64,000 bases of DNA, from the NCBI GenBank assembly GCA_951406725.2, contig OX597834.1, forward strand, positions 3,410,001-3,474,000, in the 5' to 3' direction. The stretch is from Octopus vulgaris (taxonomy: Eukaryota). The notes under the pieces were generated by a model, which did no database searches, was not told the DNA's origin, and saw only the letters and a list, made by a program, of their open reading frames with translations. A program made the position numbers and the translations under genes. Shown piece by piece: positions 24,257 to 40,560 of the stretch; positions within the stretch are counted from its first letter, which is position 1, and each line of letters opens with the position of its first letter.

Positions 24257-25226
24257 TCTTGATCTCAGACTCTTTTATATTCAGGTAAAGACAGCATCCA
24301 TCCATCCATCCGCAATGTCGTATTTAATACAAAATACGATTTCTCTAACTCTCATCTGTTATTTACTCTTGCAGAAAACAATTAATAGAAAAATGTCAAA
24401 GGGATCGTTTATGTTTGGCTTCAATTTTTCAAATTTTAAAATTAAGCGAAAATTTCAACTTCTGCATTTTGAACAAGTTTGTCACACTGAATCTCAGGGT
24501 CCAATCTACTCCTTCCAAAAATATTGTTTCCCGCCTAACCAGAAGCCCCTTCACTGCAGACCAGCTCAGTAGTTAGCCCGCGGGAAAGTTCCTGTCTATA
24601 GTTTGCCCGTTGTCAGTTTTAACAAAGGGACACTAAAATAACATCTGACTTTTTCAGTGTTTAGGGTTATTTGGATAGGATAATTAAAAGTATAATGGGA
24701 ACAGCTTTTGTCCTGGAACGAGGACACCCGCCCCCTAAAACAGTATGTGTGTAACTGTGGTAGTAGAATACTTTATAACGAAATAATTATAATCCCATGA
24801 AGATGTGAATGACTGACAACGTTCAGAAGGCTCAACAGAACAATAATAACTGTGCAAGGTATTATAGCATGTCTGTATTGGCAGTTTTTTTTCAGCATGC
24901 ATATTTGGATCTCAGCCTGGGCTCAAACGACACTGTCATTTTGCAGCTTTACTCAATCTGTGTTTAGCTGCTTTAACTAGTTCCCACGAACAGGGGTTCC
25001 CGGCTACGTCTGATTGTCAGTTGTATCATGTACCCCACCACCCGCTATTGTTCAACCGAGTTCCTTCGATTCGTTTGTAAAGGACTCCCAGCATTCAATT
25101 TTCCACTTTCACATTAACGCTGGTCGCTCTCACACAAGAATATTCTTGGTCCACGTGCACCAGCAGATTTGACCAAACTCAATGCTGTTACTGGATGGAT
25201 GTTGTGTTTACCTCAATATAAAAGAG

Positions 25227-27635
25227 CATCATCATCGTTTAACGTCTGTTTTCCATGCTAGCATGGGTTGGACAGTCTGACCGGGGTCTGGGAAGCCAGG
25301 AGGCTGCACTAGGCTCCAGTCTGATCTGGCAGTGTTTCTACAGCTGGCTGCCCTTCCTAACACCAACCACTCTGTGAGTGTAGTGGGTGCTTTTTATGTG
25401 TCACTGGCACAGGTGCCAGGGGAGGCTAGCAACGGCAACGATCACTTGGTGCTTTTTATGTGCCACTGGCACGGAAGCCAGTCAAGGTGACGCTGGCATC
25501 GGCCACGTTCGGATGGTGCTTTTTTACGTGCCACTGGCACAGGGATCACAACTACAATTTCCATTTAATTTTTATTTTGATGTTGATGTACTTGACTCAA
25601 TAGGTCTCCTCAAGCACAGCAGGTCGCCCTATGATCCAAGGTAAGCACAGCAGGCCGTCCTGCGATCCAAAGGTACTTTTGATGTCTGGGGCTGCTATGT
25701 GAAGCTGGTGCAGGAAACAGCCATGAACTCACGTTTTTTTACCATGAAGCATGGCAGTTCGCACACATGCATTGTACAATCTACCGTTCACTCTGAGCGA
25801 GAAACCTTTTTCACCAGTAGGGGTAGAAGCTTTCTAAACATTGCCCAGGCTATTCGTATTCTAGTGGTGACACTCTCTGAGCATCCACCTCCACTACTAA
25901 TTTGGTCACTTACATAGGGGAAGCTATCAACTACTTCTAGTTTCTTCCCCTGGCATGTGATGGAATCTGTTTTCTGAGTATCTGTGGTGTTTATTGTCCC
26001 TGTGCATCTGCTGCACACGAAAGCTATCTTCTCAGTTAATTTTCCTTTGATGTTGCTGCACCTCTTTTGTGTCCATAGCTTACACTGGGTACATCTTATG
26101 GAGTTTCTACCTACACCTTTTCTACAGATTGAGCAGGGCCACCTACCTGATGGGGTGTGTGATGAGTTCGCCTTCCTACTTACCAGAACTTTGGTCTTTG
26201 CTATATTGATTCTAAGGCCTTTTGATTCTAAAATCTAGCTTCCACACCCAAAATTTTTTTCTAGTTCCGGTTGTGGTTCAGCTATGAGGGCCAGGTCATC
26301 AGCTTTATCTACTTGGGAGCTGTCTATTGGAATAGCTGGTCCCTCTACTGGGTCAACATTTGGCAGTCTCTCCTCTTCCCATCCATTCTCCTCATTCAGC
26401 AGTCTTTCATAATGGCTTCCCCAAGCCTCTTTCTTTTCAGAAACATTAAAAGCAAGTGCACCATCATCCATGTGGATGCATTTCTCTCCTGTGACATCAT
26501 AATTTTCTCTCACACACTGTCTAACAATCCGAAATACCTCAGTTCTTAGGTTCTCACAACGCTGGACATTGGCAAACTTCTTTACCGCTTTGCCCTTGGC
26601 TATGTATACCTGCTGCCCAGCCTCCCTTTTGGCAACCTGGTAGAGTTCCCAGCTACCCCACACCTTTCCAGGCCTGTTTCTTTGCTCTAATGGCTTTGTC
26701 TACCGTACTATTCCACCACCACGTAACTCTAGGTCTGGAAAGGACTTTGCACCATCTGCAGACTTGGTCTGTAGCACTCAGCAAGCTATCCCATAGGAAT
26801 TTCCAGCTACCTTCTATGTCCAATGTCTGTAGCTCCTCCTCCCTCTCATCAAATCTCTTGATGAGGATGTCCCTAAATCTCTGACCATGTGAAGGGTTCT
26901 TTAGCTTCCAAATCCTTCTTTTCTGGATTGGTCTGCTTTTTGGTATCCTTCTGGCTTCGAGCCTAAAGTCACTAATGACTAGCCTATGCTGGCAAGTACA
27001 TTCTTCACCCAGGAGGGTCTTTGTATTTAAGAGCAACCCTACGTCCCACTGTCTGGTGAGGATGAAATCAATCTGGCGAGCAGAGTTCCCTGACTGATAG
27101 GTTATAAGGTGGCTATCTGGCTTCCTGAAATTAATGTTGCAGATTAAAAAGTTACATGCATCACAGAATTCCAGTAGCCTAGTTCCCTCATCGTTCCGGG
27201 TGCCAATATCATGGCCACCGTGTACCCCAGTGAAGATACCAGATTACTGCCAAATATGCCCATTAAAGTCTCCAGCCACAAAGATGAGGTCATTGCCACT
27301 TGTCTTTGAGGAAGCCTGTAGAAGGGTATCATAAAAGTGGTCCTTTTGATCATTTGGTAGCCCTGCATGTGGGGCGTAGGTGGAGATAATTGTAGCTGTG
27401 ATGTTTTGCAGGACTAACCTGAGCTTAAGCACTCTATCACATACCCTGACAACTTCTATGACTTTATGCACCCATTTCTTCACAAGGAGTATGCCAACAC
27501 CCCCTACACCATCCATGTTACCTTGCTAGAAGACTTTATACCTATGTGCCTTGCCTGTATGGACCCTAGCTGAAGCACCTCTCCATCTTACTTCTTGTAT
27601 GCAGCATAAATCAACCTGTCTCCTTTCAAGCATCT
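25227..27635 (-). mobile_element. Degenerate RTE-clade LINE with internal RT deletion
   Basis: APE endonuclease GVGGVGIL..RVCDRVL..IISTYAP..AGDFNGH and QHRLV; RT remnant ADDLALIAE fused directly to VDK; LEVVDSFPY..GGGCSESVTTRIRIAWAMFRKLLPLL; (GAT)n tail at 25227. Confidence 0.88.
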
Positions 27636-27636
27636 A

Positions 27637-28990
27637 ATTCTTTGTAAATATTTTTAATTACCTGGAATTTAAATAAATGTGGTTTTGCTCTTCCATTATT
27701 CTCCTGTTATTCGAAATGTAGAACATTTAACCAAAACTTGTCCTGGCACAACCATAATCTACAGAATTCACAGACTTGATCAATGTCTGATAAAAGTTAC
27801 ACATTTTCCAAACTGATCTTCAAAGCTGTTTACTTTGTATTTATATAATTTGTTGACATTATTTGATAGTAAATATTAGATATTATAGGTTATGATGAAG
27901 TGATTGAGAGATGAACGATAAGATAACTTTATACATTAAATGCTAACGATGGTGGTTATGTAGTAAAGATGTGATGTAACCAATAGGTTGATGGTAGCCA
28001 AGTGAGAGGTAGTCTAAAGAAAATCGATTTCCCAAGCATCGATACTGTTTCAGTCTGATAGCATATTGTAGTACAAAGATTCCCATGCGTGACACATTGT
28101 TATTTATGATGTCTAGAAGAAACAACAGAGCAACATACAAGTGGCAAATTAGACATTTTTATGGAAATGGTTATCAAGAAATACTTAGTTTCTCCCCTCC
28201 AGTCTGTGACCACCACTACAGCAGAACCAGACCCACCAGAGACTTACTATGTGACTGTAGCAATATTGATATCCTCACTGTTTGAGAAAAACATTAAGAA
28301 TGATCTATTTTGAGATTACAACAATCTTTGGCTTGTTTAACCCTGTTGTGTCCACTGATCTGATTGGTTAGCATCTAGCGCGGTCTGTCTCTCTACTTAT
28401 TTCGCGCCAGTGTGTAAACTGACCAAACACAGCTTTTGAATAGGATCTTTCAAATGAGCCATCTTTACTCCTTAAATAACCTAGTATTTTCACTAAACAT
28501 CGTCTTTCGGCTTTAGACCTTCTAAGGTCTAGTCGGAGACCACAGAGCTACTCAGCCATGTTCCAGTTCAAACGACAGCCAGCCAACCATACTATGAAAC
28601 CGCTATTGTACACCAGCGACAGGCAGAACGTCATCTACATCTGCGAAGATTTCAACTTGTACACAACTACACAGATTCATCTCATGCTGTTTGTGTGAAA
28701 CAGTTGCAGTATATATCTGAAAGAACAATCTATGTTTTATGCTGAAGACAGAAAAAAAAAGAATTGGTAAAAATTCATAAAAATGAAAAAAAGTTATGAA
28801 CTCTCCCAGGTTCTATGATATACATTTTCTGCTTTAGAAGTATCATTAATAGAAAACAACATCTATACTGTATCATGTTTTAAACTACAGACTTTCCAAG
28901 TGACTCAACTAGTCTCCCCTCCGAGACCCAAATCTTGTTATAGAACTTATTATCGTGTACCACATGAAATGGTAAACTAACTCTATCTCA
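27637..28990. repeat. Third copy of the 3'-flank duplicon (inverted relative to ~17607-18820) downstream of ZNF3
   Basis: Reverse-complement match with an extra segment at ~28735-28890. Confidence 0.85.
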
Positions 28991-29197
28991 TGTTTATGAG
29001 ACGCAGATTTATATATTGATGTATATGCTCATACATGTGTGTGTGCATTCATGCATACGTAAGTGTGAACGCATGAACATATAGACACAAATTTATGAAC
29101 AAACTAAAACACGTAAACATTATTTTGATGATCAAAAATCAAGTATTCCATATATTCAAATTTATTCACTAGAAGCCAAATTTCATCACTAATGAAG

Positions 29198-30937
29198 CTA
29201 TTGTTCTGCATAAATACATACATGGCTAGTTAAGTGAGTATCTTGGGAAAATGATTTATCACAAATGCCACAGGGAAATGGTTTCTCTCCTGAATGAAGA
29301 CGTTTGTGAGAAGTTAAGTCACTATTTTGAGCAAATAATTTACCACAGATATCACAGTGATATGGTTTATCTCCCGTATGAATGTGTTTGTGTGATGTTA
29401 AGTGATGACTTCTTGAGAATGATTTACCACAAATATCACAGTGATATGGTTTCTCCCCTGTATGAATACGTTTATGAGTAGTGAAGTAACTAATCCCTGA
29501 GAATGTTTTCCCACAGACTTCACAGTGATATGTTTTCTCTCCTGTATGAAAACGTTTGTGAGTAATGAGGTTACCTTTTTGAGAGAATGATTTACCACAA
29601 ATATCACAGGGAAATGGTTTTTCTCCTGAATGAATACGTTTGTGAGTAGTTAAGTCTCCATTTTGAAGGAATGACTTGTTACAGATGTCACAGTGATATG
29701 GTTTCTCTCCTGTGTGACTACGTTTGTGAGCAGTTAAGTGACTATTTTGAGAGAATGATTTACCACAGATATCACAGTGATATGGTTTATCTCCTGTATG
29801 AATGTGTTTGTGTGATGTTAAGTGATGACTTCTTGAGAATGATTTACCACAGATACCACACTGATATGGTTTCTCCCCTGTATGAATACGTTTATGATTA
29901 GTTAAGTGACCTGGTGCTGAGAATGATTTACCACACATATCACAATTGTACACATCCTCTCCTGTATGAATATTATTGTGTATAGTCAAATGAATTTTTT
30001 GAGAGAATGATTTACCACAGATATCACAGTGATATGGCTTCTCACCTGTATGAATATGTTTGTGAGTAGATAAGTTACTACTGAAAGAGAATGATTTACC
30101 ACAAATATCACAATGGTATGGCTTCTCTCCTGTATGAATACGTCTGTGTTTAATTAAATCACTACTTCCAGAAAATGATTTACCGCAGATATCGCAGTGA
30201 TATGGCTTCTCTCCTGTATGGATACGTTTGTGTGTATAAAAGTAACTTCTCCCAGAGAAGGATTTACCACAGATATTGCAGTGATATAGTTTCTCCCCTG
30301 TATGCATACGTTTATGATTAGTGAAGTAAGTACCTCTTGAGAAGGTTTTCCCACAGACTTCACAGTGATATGGTTTCTCTCCTGTATGAAAACGTTTGTG
30401 AGTAATGAGGTTACCTTTTTGAGAGAATGGTTTACCACAAATGTCACAGGGAAATGGTTTTTCTCCTGAATGAATACGTTTGTGAGTAGTTAAGTCACCA
30501 TTTTGAAGGAATGACTTGTTACAGATGTCACAGTGATATGGTTTATCTCCTGTATGACTACGTTTGTGAGTAGTTAAGTGACTGTTCTGAGAGAATAATT
30601 TACCACAGATATCACAATGATATGGTTTATCTCCTGTATGAATGTGTTTGTGTGTTGTTAAGTGATGACTTCTTGAGAATGATTTACCACAGATATCACA
30701 GTGATATGGTTTATCTCCCGTATGAATGTGTTTGTGTGTAGTTAAATGATGATTTCTTGAGAATGATTTACCACAGATATCACAATGATATGGTTTCTCT
30801 CCTGCATCACAACTGTACACACCCTCTCCTGTACATAACGTTTTATCTTTCTGTCTCTTTACACCAGCAGGGAAGCCCTTACTTGTAGACTGTGTCTTAC
30901 ATATAACTTTGTTCTCACATAGTTTGTCTTCCATCAT
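29198..30937 (-). CDS. C2H2 zinc-finger protein ZNF3 (18 fingers plus 1 degenerate terminal finger)
   Basis: 579-aa intact ORF; fingers 2-6 are repeated as 12-16; acceptor at 31106. Confidence 0.93.
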   Translation of the reverse strand: MMEDKLCENKVICKTQSTSKGFPAGVKRQKDKTLCTGEGVYSCDAGEKPYHCDICGKSFSRNHHLTTHKHIHTGDKPYHCDICGKSFSRSHHLTTHKHIHTGDKPYHCDICGKLFSQNSHLTTHKRSHTGDKPYHCDICNKSFLQNGDLTTHKRIHSGEKPFPCDICGKPFSQKGNLITHKRFHTGEKPYHCEVCGKTFSRGTYFTNHKRMHTGEKLYHCNICGKSFSGRSYFYTHKRIHTGEKPYHCDICGKSFSGSSDLIKHRRIHTGEKPYHCDICGKSFSFSSNLSTHKHIHTGEKPYHCDICGKSFSQKIHLTIHNNIHTGEDVYNCDMCGKSFSAPGHLTNHKRIHTGEKPYQCGICGKSFSRSHHLTSHKHIHTGDKPYHCDICGKSFSQNSHLTAHKRSHTGEKPYHCDICNKSFLQNGDLTTHKRIHSGEKPFPCDICGKSFSQKGNLITHKRFHTGEKTYHCEVCGKTFSGISYFTTHKRIHTGEKPYHCDICGKSFSRSHHLTSHKHIHTGDKPYHCDICGKLFAQNSDLTSHKRLHSGEKPFPCGICDKSFSQDTHLTSHVCIYAEQ

Positions 30938-32679
30938 TTTTCATCTCTCACCACAACAGACAGAGATGTTTTCCTTCTTTTAATTCTTATATTTTTATTC
31001 CCAACAAATATTCTCTTTTGCTATACTTTCAACGAATGTAATTTTTGTTGATATTTGAAGATACCGTCTACTCAGATTCTTTCATGCCAATGTCATCTGA
31101 TATTTCTGAAATAAGAAAGAAAGAATATAGAATATAGGGGAGGCAAATAAAAAGTAGAGATTCAACAGTGAACGTTTTACTACACTGTGAAGATATAAAC
31201 TTTTACCTTGGCAATGGAACACATCCCTTCTCCGTACATTAGAGCCAGTGCCAGTTCCAACCTTCCCTATGCCAGTTTCAGCCTGTCTACAGGAGGTAGG
31301 AGCCTAATGCAACAAGGAAAATGCCTCAACAGATGCGGAGTGAAACTTTCACAGCAATTTCTTGTTTCAAACAAATGTGTAATTTGCATACAAAGGTACA
31401 AAAAGTATACGTTCATGTGTTCACACTTATGCATGCATGAATGCACACACACGTGTATGAGCATATACATCAATATATAAGTCTGCATCTCATAAACATC
31501 TGGCCTCACATAAAACCTCAAAAACAACCCAACTCCAACTGACCTAAATTCCTGCTAAAGTTCTCATTCTTTTCTTTTTCTTAATCCCTTAACCCTTTTC
31601 ACACAAAACTGCCCCTGGTTCTATGATAAAAATTTACTGCTTTAAAGTGATCGAAATTGAAACTTTCCACCGAAATTTCATGTCAGTTTATGCTCCAAAC
31701 CCCAGACGAATATCGTCAAAATTGCTTTCCTAAGTCTTTGCATATTTCCAAAATTAACTGAAATAAAAGCAGGGTATTTCAAAAGAAATACACTAACGAA
31801 GGGCTTAATTGAGCTCTGCATATCTCTCTCTGACTCCAAAGGTTATACAAGAGGTTATAGGAGAGCCGACTCGTCTGGGAGTTAAAAGATCGTTGCTTTA
31901 GGAAAATTACTTCTCTTGGTTAGTCTTTCCTTTATCTTTGAACCCATCAAAACAAGCAGATGTAGTAGAAAGAGGACACGACCTATACAATGTAAATGTT
32001 GTTTCTATTAATGATACTTACATATTTAATAGAGATCCAATGACGAAGATGTCACAATAGATTCAAGGAATCACAAATCAGAATGGACATTTTCAGCTTT
32101 AACATCACTTGTATATTTTACAAGAAACCCTCATTTAGATTTTCACATCAACATAATAAAGGATGACGATGGCTCATTAACAATCACGTATGAATTAACG
32201 TGTTTAATTAATTAATTTGGTTAATTGGCAGAAGCATTAAGCAGCGAAAAATGGTCAGAGTTCAAATCCAGACAAAGTCGACTTTGCTTTCACTCCTTCC
32301 GAAATCCATAGAATAAAGTAGCAGTGTGTCACAAAGCAGTTCAAGGAAGGCTTTCATTCAAGCTTTATTTCTGCTCGCCATCAAATCCGTTAATCACTGA
32401 TTAATCCGTTAATCCGTTAATCACTGACGTCCAACGATTAAAACGAGTCCTTTTACATCAAGTAAAGACAGCATCCATCTAGGAACGTCATTCGACTCTA
32501 AGCCGCATTTTCGTACTCACTACAAAATAGATGTCTATAATTTTTATTTATTATTTACTGTCGTAGAAATGAATATATGACAGGATATTATAATTCATAA
32601 CAGTAATCTCTGCAGAGCGAAAAGTGTGTCACGGTGCATTCAAAAAGTATAGTCCTTTAGATAAAAAGGGTTCTTAAAT

Positions 32680-34060
32680 AATTCGTCCTGATCTTAGTTT
32701 TCTCGTCTCTTTTTGTCCTTGAATAATAGCCGTTTTGTAACACGTATTATCTTCGTTCATGTAGTCTTTACAAGCGTTGTTACCTGTATTATTATTATAG
32801 TCTTTCAGTTACTCTTCGCCAGTTGCTAATCTGCTCGTATTTTCAGGTGCCGTAGTGTGAGCTCCGTTGCTTTGTTAATACATTGCTTCTATTGGTGTAC
32901 TGTCGGGATTTGCTCCTTGTTGATTTATTGTTTGTGGATTTTGTTGTTCTGTATCGATCTCTGTTTGTGTAGTTAACCCTGGTTGTGTCTGTGTGTTTTC
33001 TTGGCTCCCTCGATTGAAAGATTGTCCTGCTGGGTCGAGATTGTGTGTCAACACTGCAGCTATTCATCCCTTTCCAAACTGTACGCATGCAAAGTGGAGA
33101 GAATCGTCTTCAAAAATTTAATGTTTTCTATAATTCGATCCCCCTTATTTTTGAGATAGTATTGTGCTTCCGATATTCTGGTGGAATTCAGGTAGAATGT
33201 TTCCCGATATCGATGTTCTTGAAAATTTAAACATTCACTCATGAGGGTTTGTGTTGGTAGCTCTGCTGAGGAAGCCTCTCGTGGCTGATAGTGCCATGGG
33301 AAGGACTGCCAACCATTGTCTTTTATCTAGTTGTAGTAATGAAGTAAGTGCTAGATTTAAGGTCTTCATGAGGTCCTTTCACATTGGCCATTGCCTTCAG
33401 GTCGAAAGGAAGATGTTCCAGGTTTTATTGTCCCCTTAGTGAGAAGAAAGTCCTTGAGCTTCTTATTATCAGATTCTGTTAGAGAGGATACAACCTGGTG
33501 ATCCCAACAATGAAAAGTGTTTGAGCAGATGGGAAATTACTGTTTCGGTACTCATGTCTTTGCCTTGGTATACAAATGGGTGCTTTTGAGTACGCATCGA
33601 CTATTATCAATAAGTAGAGCTATTGTGTAGTTCACGGGACCAACAAATGCGATTGAGAGGTGCTTCCATAGCCTTGATGCCTGTATTAAGTGACTTTTCG
33701 AGGTGATACTTGAGTTCATTGCATTTAAAAGTGTCATTTTGCAGATTTCGTTGAAGGAGACAGGCATGTTCGTACTTAACAGTAGTGAACTAGGCAGCTC
33801 ACTCCTCGGTGGCACAGTTGTTTGTGAAGGGTTACATGCGTTGAAGCATCTCTTGGGGTTGCATATCCTGATAGCACATCTGTTGCTTTGATTTGAGTTC
33901 CATGTCCGTGAGAGAATGTATAACTTGGGTGTGAGAGGTTCAAACAACAGAGTGTATGTTTTTCAGTTTTTAATTTCCACATGCCGTTTTTATTGAAGAT
34001 AATCGCTACTGTGCGTTGATCAGTAACGATGTTGCAGTAATGAGAAGTATGTATCAGGTG
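32680..34060 (-). mobile_element. Gypsy family B pol relic, array unit 1
   Basis: LHKQLCHRGVSCLVHY (integrase HH motif) and HLIQASRLWKHLSIAFVGP; homologous to 13960-14780. Boundaries approximate. Confidence 0.78.
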
Positions 34061-36011
34061 GCATTAATGCACAAGTTTCATTCTTAACGTTTGTCTACCT
34101 TTGAAAAGAACCATAAATAGAATGCCATCGGCCTTCCTTGTCACGATAGAGTCCCTCCCAAAGCTAGAACAGAAGAATCTGTTTCTTTCTTAATGAATAG
34201 AACTGAGTTCCAGTAAAGTGATGAAGTCACTTGTCTAATATTACATGGTTTGCATATTTTTTCAGAAATAATATTAACAGTGACTAATTTTAGGATCATT
34301 CCCACTTTTTCTTTACGCCAATAAAATAATTACGACCATACTCATATTGGTGTGTTATACTTCTTTGTTATTATTATTATTGTTACCTCAAATGAAGCAA
34401 AGCAATGCTGAGGATCTTCAGTTTTAAATCAATTATACAAACTAGTTAATTGTTATGGTCAGTAACAGAGTGACCACTGGTTTTGTGCTCATAAAGTAAA
34501 GTGTTCTATTGGTGGCCCACAAGAATCAAATGGCTTAAGGCATAAAACCTCTCTACAACACAGAGCTTATATGCGATTCATAGGTGTAAAACTAATGGTC
34601 ACTATATGACTAGCCATAACATTTGGTGAAAGTCTTGGCTGGAAAAGTTCCCCTTTAAAATCATGCATTTGTCAACCTGTCTAAAACAAACTCAGACCAT
34701 GATAACCTACCCAATCAATGCTACCATGAGAATATCCCATACACAAAGGCAATGATGGTCTCAATGTTACATCAGTAGAAGGCATACGACTCTCTCTCTC
34801 TCTCTAAATTCATTTCTCTTTGCTATTCTGCCCTTTTTATATCCTGACAGATGACCCCTTACCTTTAGAATGTATCTCAGATGTTTTCTCTTTGGCTTAC
34901 ACTTTTCCAAAAAGTTTTAAATTCCATGAAACTTTAGAATTTGGTATATGGATGTAATTCTTCACGCTTAATCCAATATTGTTATTCAGATGTTTAAGGT
35001 TCAATTATTTGAAGTCAATCAGAAAACAGGATCTAGAAGCTGGCATTTTCTACATGATGACAACTTGACGATGACAAAACGTTCAAGGATGGAAGTTTTA
35101 ATGAATAAAGTCATGTGTAAAGTTGGAACAGGTATGAATTTTTTATTATGTTTTTAATGAAAATTTACCAAAAATAGAACCTGAACATTAAATTACAAAA
35201 ACACAAACTGTAGTTCAGTTCTGGAAGACAATACATATTTTGTAGCAAAGATTCAAAAGCAGAGTTTGTGAAATAAGTTAACACTTTCATATCTCCTGCA
35301 CCACACAAAAAGGTCTGTAAAAAAGGTATTGAGGATAATGTCATAGCATTTAATCTGTTACCCCTGTGGGGTGCCCCTTCACAGTGTTACCACATCAACG
35401 CCCCAATGTAAAACATACACAAATGACTGTAGTTTTCAATTGGCTAAAATTACCTCAAATTTGCAAACTTCAAAAAACTATTAACTTTTCATTTATTAAT
35501 TTATGGCAAAAAGGAATTTCATTTCCATAATCACTATACAAAAGTACACCAATACACCTACAATGTTATAGCTTCTTTCATGTTTGAATACACTTGTTAC
35601 ATACGATATTTCCACATGATGAATTTTTTATGTTTGTAGAAAATAGAATGCCGCAATTGGTTTCACAGAATTTCATTGAACAAATCAATCTTTTTTGTTT
35701 GTTGGTTAATAGAGTAATTTTCTGAGCATCTGAAACTACTGAAACTCATAAATTTATGAAAAACTGGAAAATGTAAACGTTAATTTAATTGACAAAAATC
35801 AAGTATTTCATAAACTGAAATTTATTCACTGCAACACACATTTCATCACTAATGAAGTTATTTTTTTGCATAAATACATACATGGCTAGATAAGTAAGTA
35901 TTTTGAGAGACTGGTTTACCACGTGTGTCACAGAGGTATGCCTTCTCTCCTCAGTATAAACGTTTGTCAGTAGCTAAGTCACCATTCTCAGGGAATGATT
36001 TACCTCAAATT

Positions 36012-37400
<1,389 letters not shown>

Positions 37401-39164
37401 TCATCTCTTACCACAACAGACAGAGATGTTTTCCTTCTTTTAATTCTTATATGTTTATTCCCAACAAATATTCTCTTTTGCTATACTTTCAACGAATGTA
37501 ATTTTTGTTGATATTTGAAGATACCGTCTACTCGGATTCTTTCATGCCAATGTCACCTGATATTTCTGAAATAAGAAAGAAAGAATATAGAATATAGAGG
37601 AGACAAATAAAAAGTAGAGATCCAACAGTGAACATTTTACTACATTTCTTCTGCATTAATACACTGTGAAGATATAAACTTTTACCTTGGCAATGGAACA
37701 CATCCCTTCTCCGTACATTAGAGCCAGTGCCAGTTCCAACCTTCCCTATGCCAGTTTCAGCCTGTCTACAGGAGGTAGGAGCCTAATGCAACAAGGAAAA
37801 TGCCTCAACAGATGCGGAGTGAAACTTTCACAGCAATTTATTGTTTCAAACAAATGTGCAATTTGCATACAAAGGTACAAAAAGTATACGTTCACGTGTT
37901 CACCCTTATGCATGCATGAATGCACACACACGTGCATGAGCATATACATCAATATATAAGTCTGTATCTCATAAACATGTGGCCTCACATAAAACCTCAA
38001 AAACAACCCAACTCCAACTGACCTAAATTCCTGCTAAAGTTCTCATTCTTTTCTTTTTCTTAATCCCTTAACCCTTTTCACACAAAACTGCCCCTGGTTC
38101 TATGATATAAATTTACTGCTTTAAAGTGATCGAAATTGAAACTTTCCACCGAAATTTCATGTCAGTTTATGCTCCAAACCCCAGACGAATATCGTCAAAA
38201 TTGCTTTCCTAAGTCTTTGCATATTTCCAAAATTAACTGAAATAAAAGCAGGGTATTTCAAAAGAAATACACTAACGATGGGCTTAATTGAGCTCTGCAT
38301 ATCTCTCTCTGACTCCAAAGGTTATACAAGAGGTTATAGGAGAGCCGACTCGTCTGGGAGTTAAAAGATCGTTGCTTTAGGAAAATTACTTCTCTTCTTC
38401 ATTTTCTTTCCTTTATCTTTGAACCCATCAAAACAAGCAGATGTAGTAGAAAGAGGACACGACCTATACAATGTAAATGTTGTTTCTATTAATGATACTT
38501 ACATATTTAATAGAGATCCAATGACGAAGATGTCACAATAGATTCAAGGAATCACAAATCAGAATGGACATTTTCAGCTTCAACATCACTTGTATATTTT
38601 ACAAGAAACCCTCACTTAGATTTTCACATCAACATAATAAAGGATGACGATGGCTAATTAACAATCACGTATGAATTAACGTGTTTAATTAATTAATTTG
38701 GTTAATTGGCAGAAGCATTAAGCAGCGAAAAATGGTCAGAGTTCAAATCCAGACAAAGTCGACTTTGCTTTCACTCCTTCCGAAATCCATAGAATAAAGT
38801 AGCAGTGTGTCACAAAGCAGTTCAAGGAAGGCTTCCATTCAAGCTTTATTTCTGCTCGTCATCAAATCCGTTAATCACTGATTAATCCGTTAATCCGTTA
38901 ATCACTGACGTCCAACGATTAAAACGAGTCCTTTTACATCAAGTAAAGACAGCATCCATCTAGGAACGTCATTCGACTCTAAGCCGCATTTTCGTACTCA
39001 ATACAAAAGAAGATGTCTATATTTTTTTTAGTTATTATTTACTGTTGTAGAAATGAATATATGACAGGATATTATAATTCATAACAGTCATCTCTGCAGA
39101 GCGAAAAGTGTGTCACGGTGCATTCAAAAAGTATAGTCCTTTAGATAAAAAGGGGTCTTAAATA

Positions 39165-40560
39165 ATTCGTCCTGATCTTAGTTTTCTCGTCTCTTTTTGT
39201 CCGTGAATAATAGCCGTTTTGTAACACGTATTATCCTCGTTCATGTAGTCTTTACAAGCGTTGTTACCTGTATTATTATTATAGTCTTTCAGTTACTCTT
39301 CGCCAGTTGCTAATCTGCTCGTATTTTCAGGTGCCGTACTGTGAGCTCCGTTGCTTTGTTAATACATTGCTTCTATTGGTGTACTGTCGGGATTTGCTCC
39401 TTGTTGATTATTGTTTGTGGATTTTGTTGTTCTGTATCGAACTCTGTTTGTGTAGTTAACCCTGGTTGTGTCTGTGTGTTTTCTTAGCTCCCTCGATTGA
39501 AAGATTGTCCTGCTGGGTCGAGATTGTGTGTCAACACTGCAGCTATTCGTCCCTTTCCAAACTGTACGCATGCAAAGTGGAGAGAATCGTCTCCAACAAT
39601 TTAATGTTTTCTATAAGTGGATCCCCCTTATTTTTGAGACTGTATTGTGCTTCCGATATTCTGGTGGAATTTAGGTAGAATGTTTCCCGATGTCGATGTT
39701 CTTGAAAATTTAAACATTCACTCTTGAGGGTTTGTGTTGGTAGCTCTGCTGAGGAAGCCTGTCGTGGCTGATAGTGCCATGGGAAGGGCTGCCAACCATT
39801 GTCTTTTATCTAGTTGTAGTAATGAAGTAGGTGCTAGATTTAAGGTGTTCATGAGGGTACCGTTGGTCCTTTCACATTGGCCATTGCCTTCAGGTCGAAA
39901 GGAAGATGTTCCAGTTTTTACTGTCCCCTTAGTGAGAAGGAAGTCGTGGAGCTTCTTATTATCAGATTCTGTTAGAGTGGATACAACCTGGTGATCCCAA
40001 CAATGAAAAGTGTTTGAGCAGATGGGAAATTACTGTTTCGGTACTCATGTCTTTGCCTTGGTATACAAATGGGTGCTTTTGAGTACTCATCGACTATTAT
40101 CAATAAGTAGAGCTATTGTGTAGTTCACGGGACCAACAAATGCGATTGAGAGGTGCTTCCATAGCCTTGATGCCTGTATTAAGTGACTTTTCGAGGTGAT
40201 ACTTGAGTTCATTGCATTTAAAAGTGTCATTTTGCAGATTTCATTGAAGGAGACAGGCATGTTCGTACTTAACAGTAGTGAAGTAGGCAGCTCACTCCTT
40301 GGTGGCACAGTTGTTTGTGAAGGGTTACATGCGTTGAAGCATCTCTTGGGGTTGCATATTCTGATAGCGCATCTGTTGCTTTGATTTGAGTTCCAATGTC
40401 TTTGAGAGAATGTATAACTTGGGTGTGAGAGGTTCAAACGCCAGAGTCTAAGTTTTTCACTTTTGAATTTCCATATGCTGTTTTTATTGAAGATAATCGC
40501 TACTGTGCGTTGATCAGTAACGATGTTGCAGTAATGAGAAGTTTGTATCAGGTGGCATTA
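39165..40560 (-). mobile_element. Gypsy family B pol relic, array unit 2
   Basis: Copy of 32680-34060. Confidence 0.78.

Noticed and set aside
31106-31206. Extra ~100-bp intron (AAG|GTAAAA donor) before the coding exon of ZNF3-6, similar in ZNF2
   Set aside because: Plausible, but the donor is absent in ZNF1 and non-canonical in ZNF7; it cannot be supported without transcripts.
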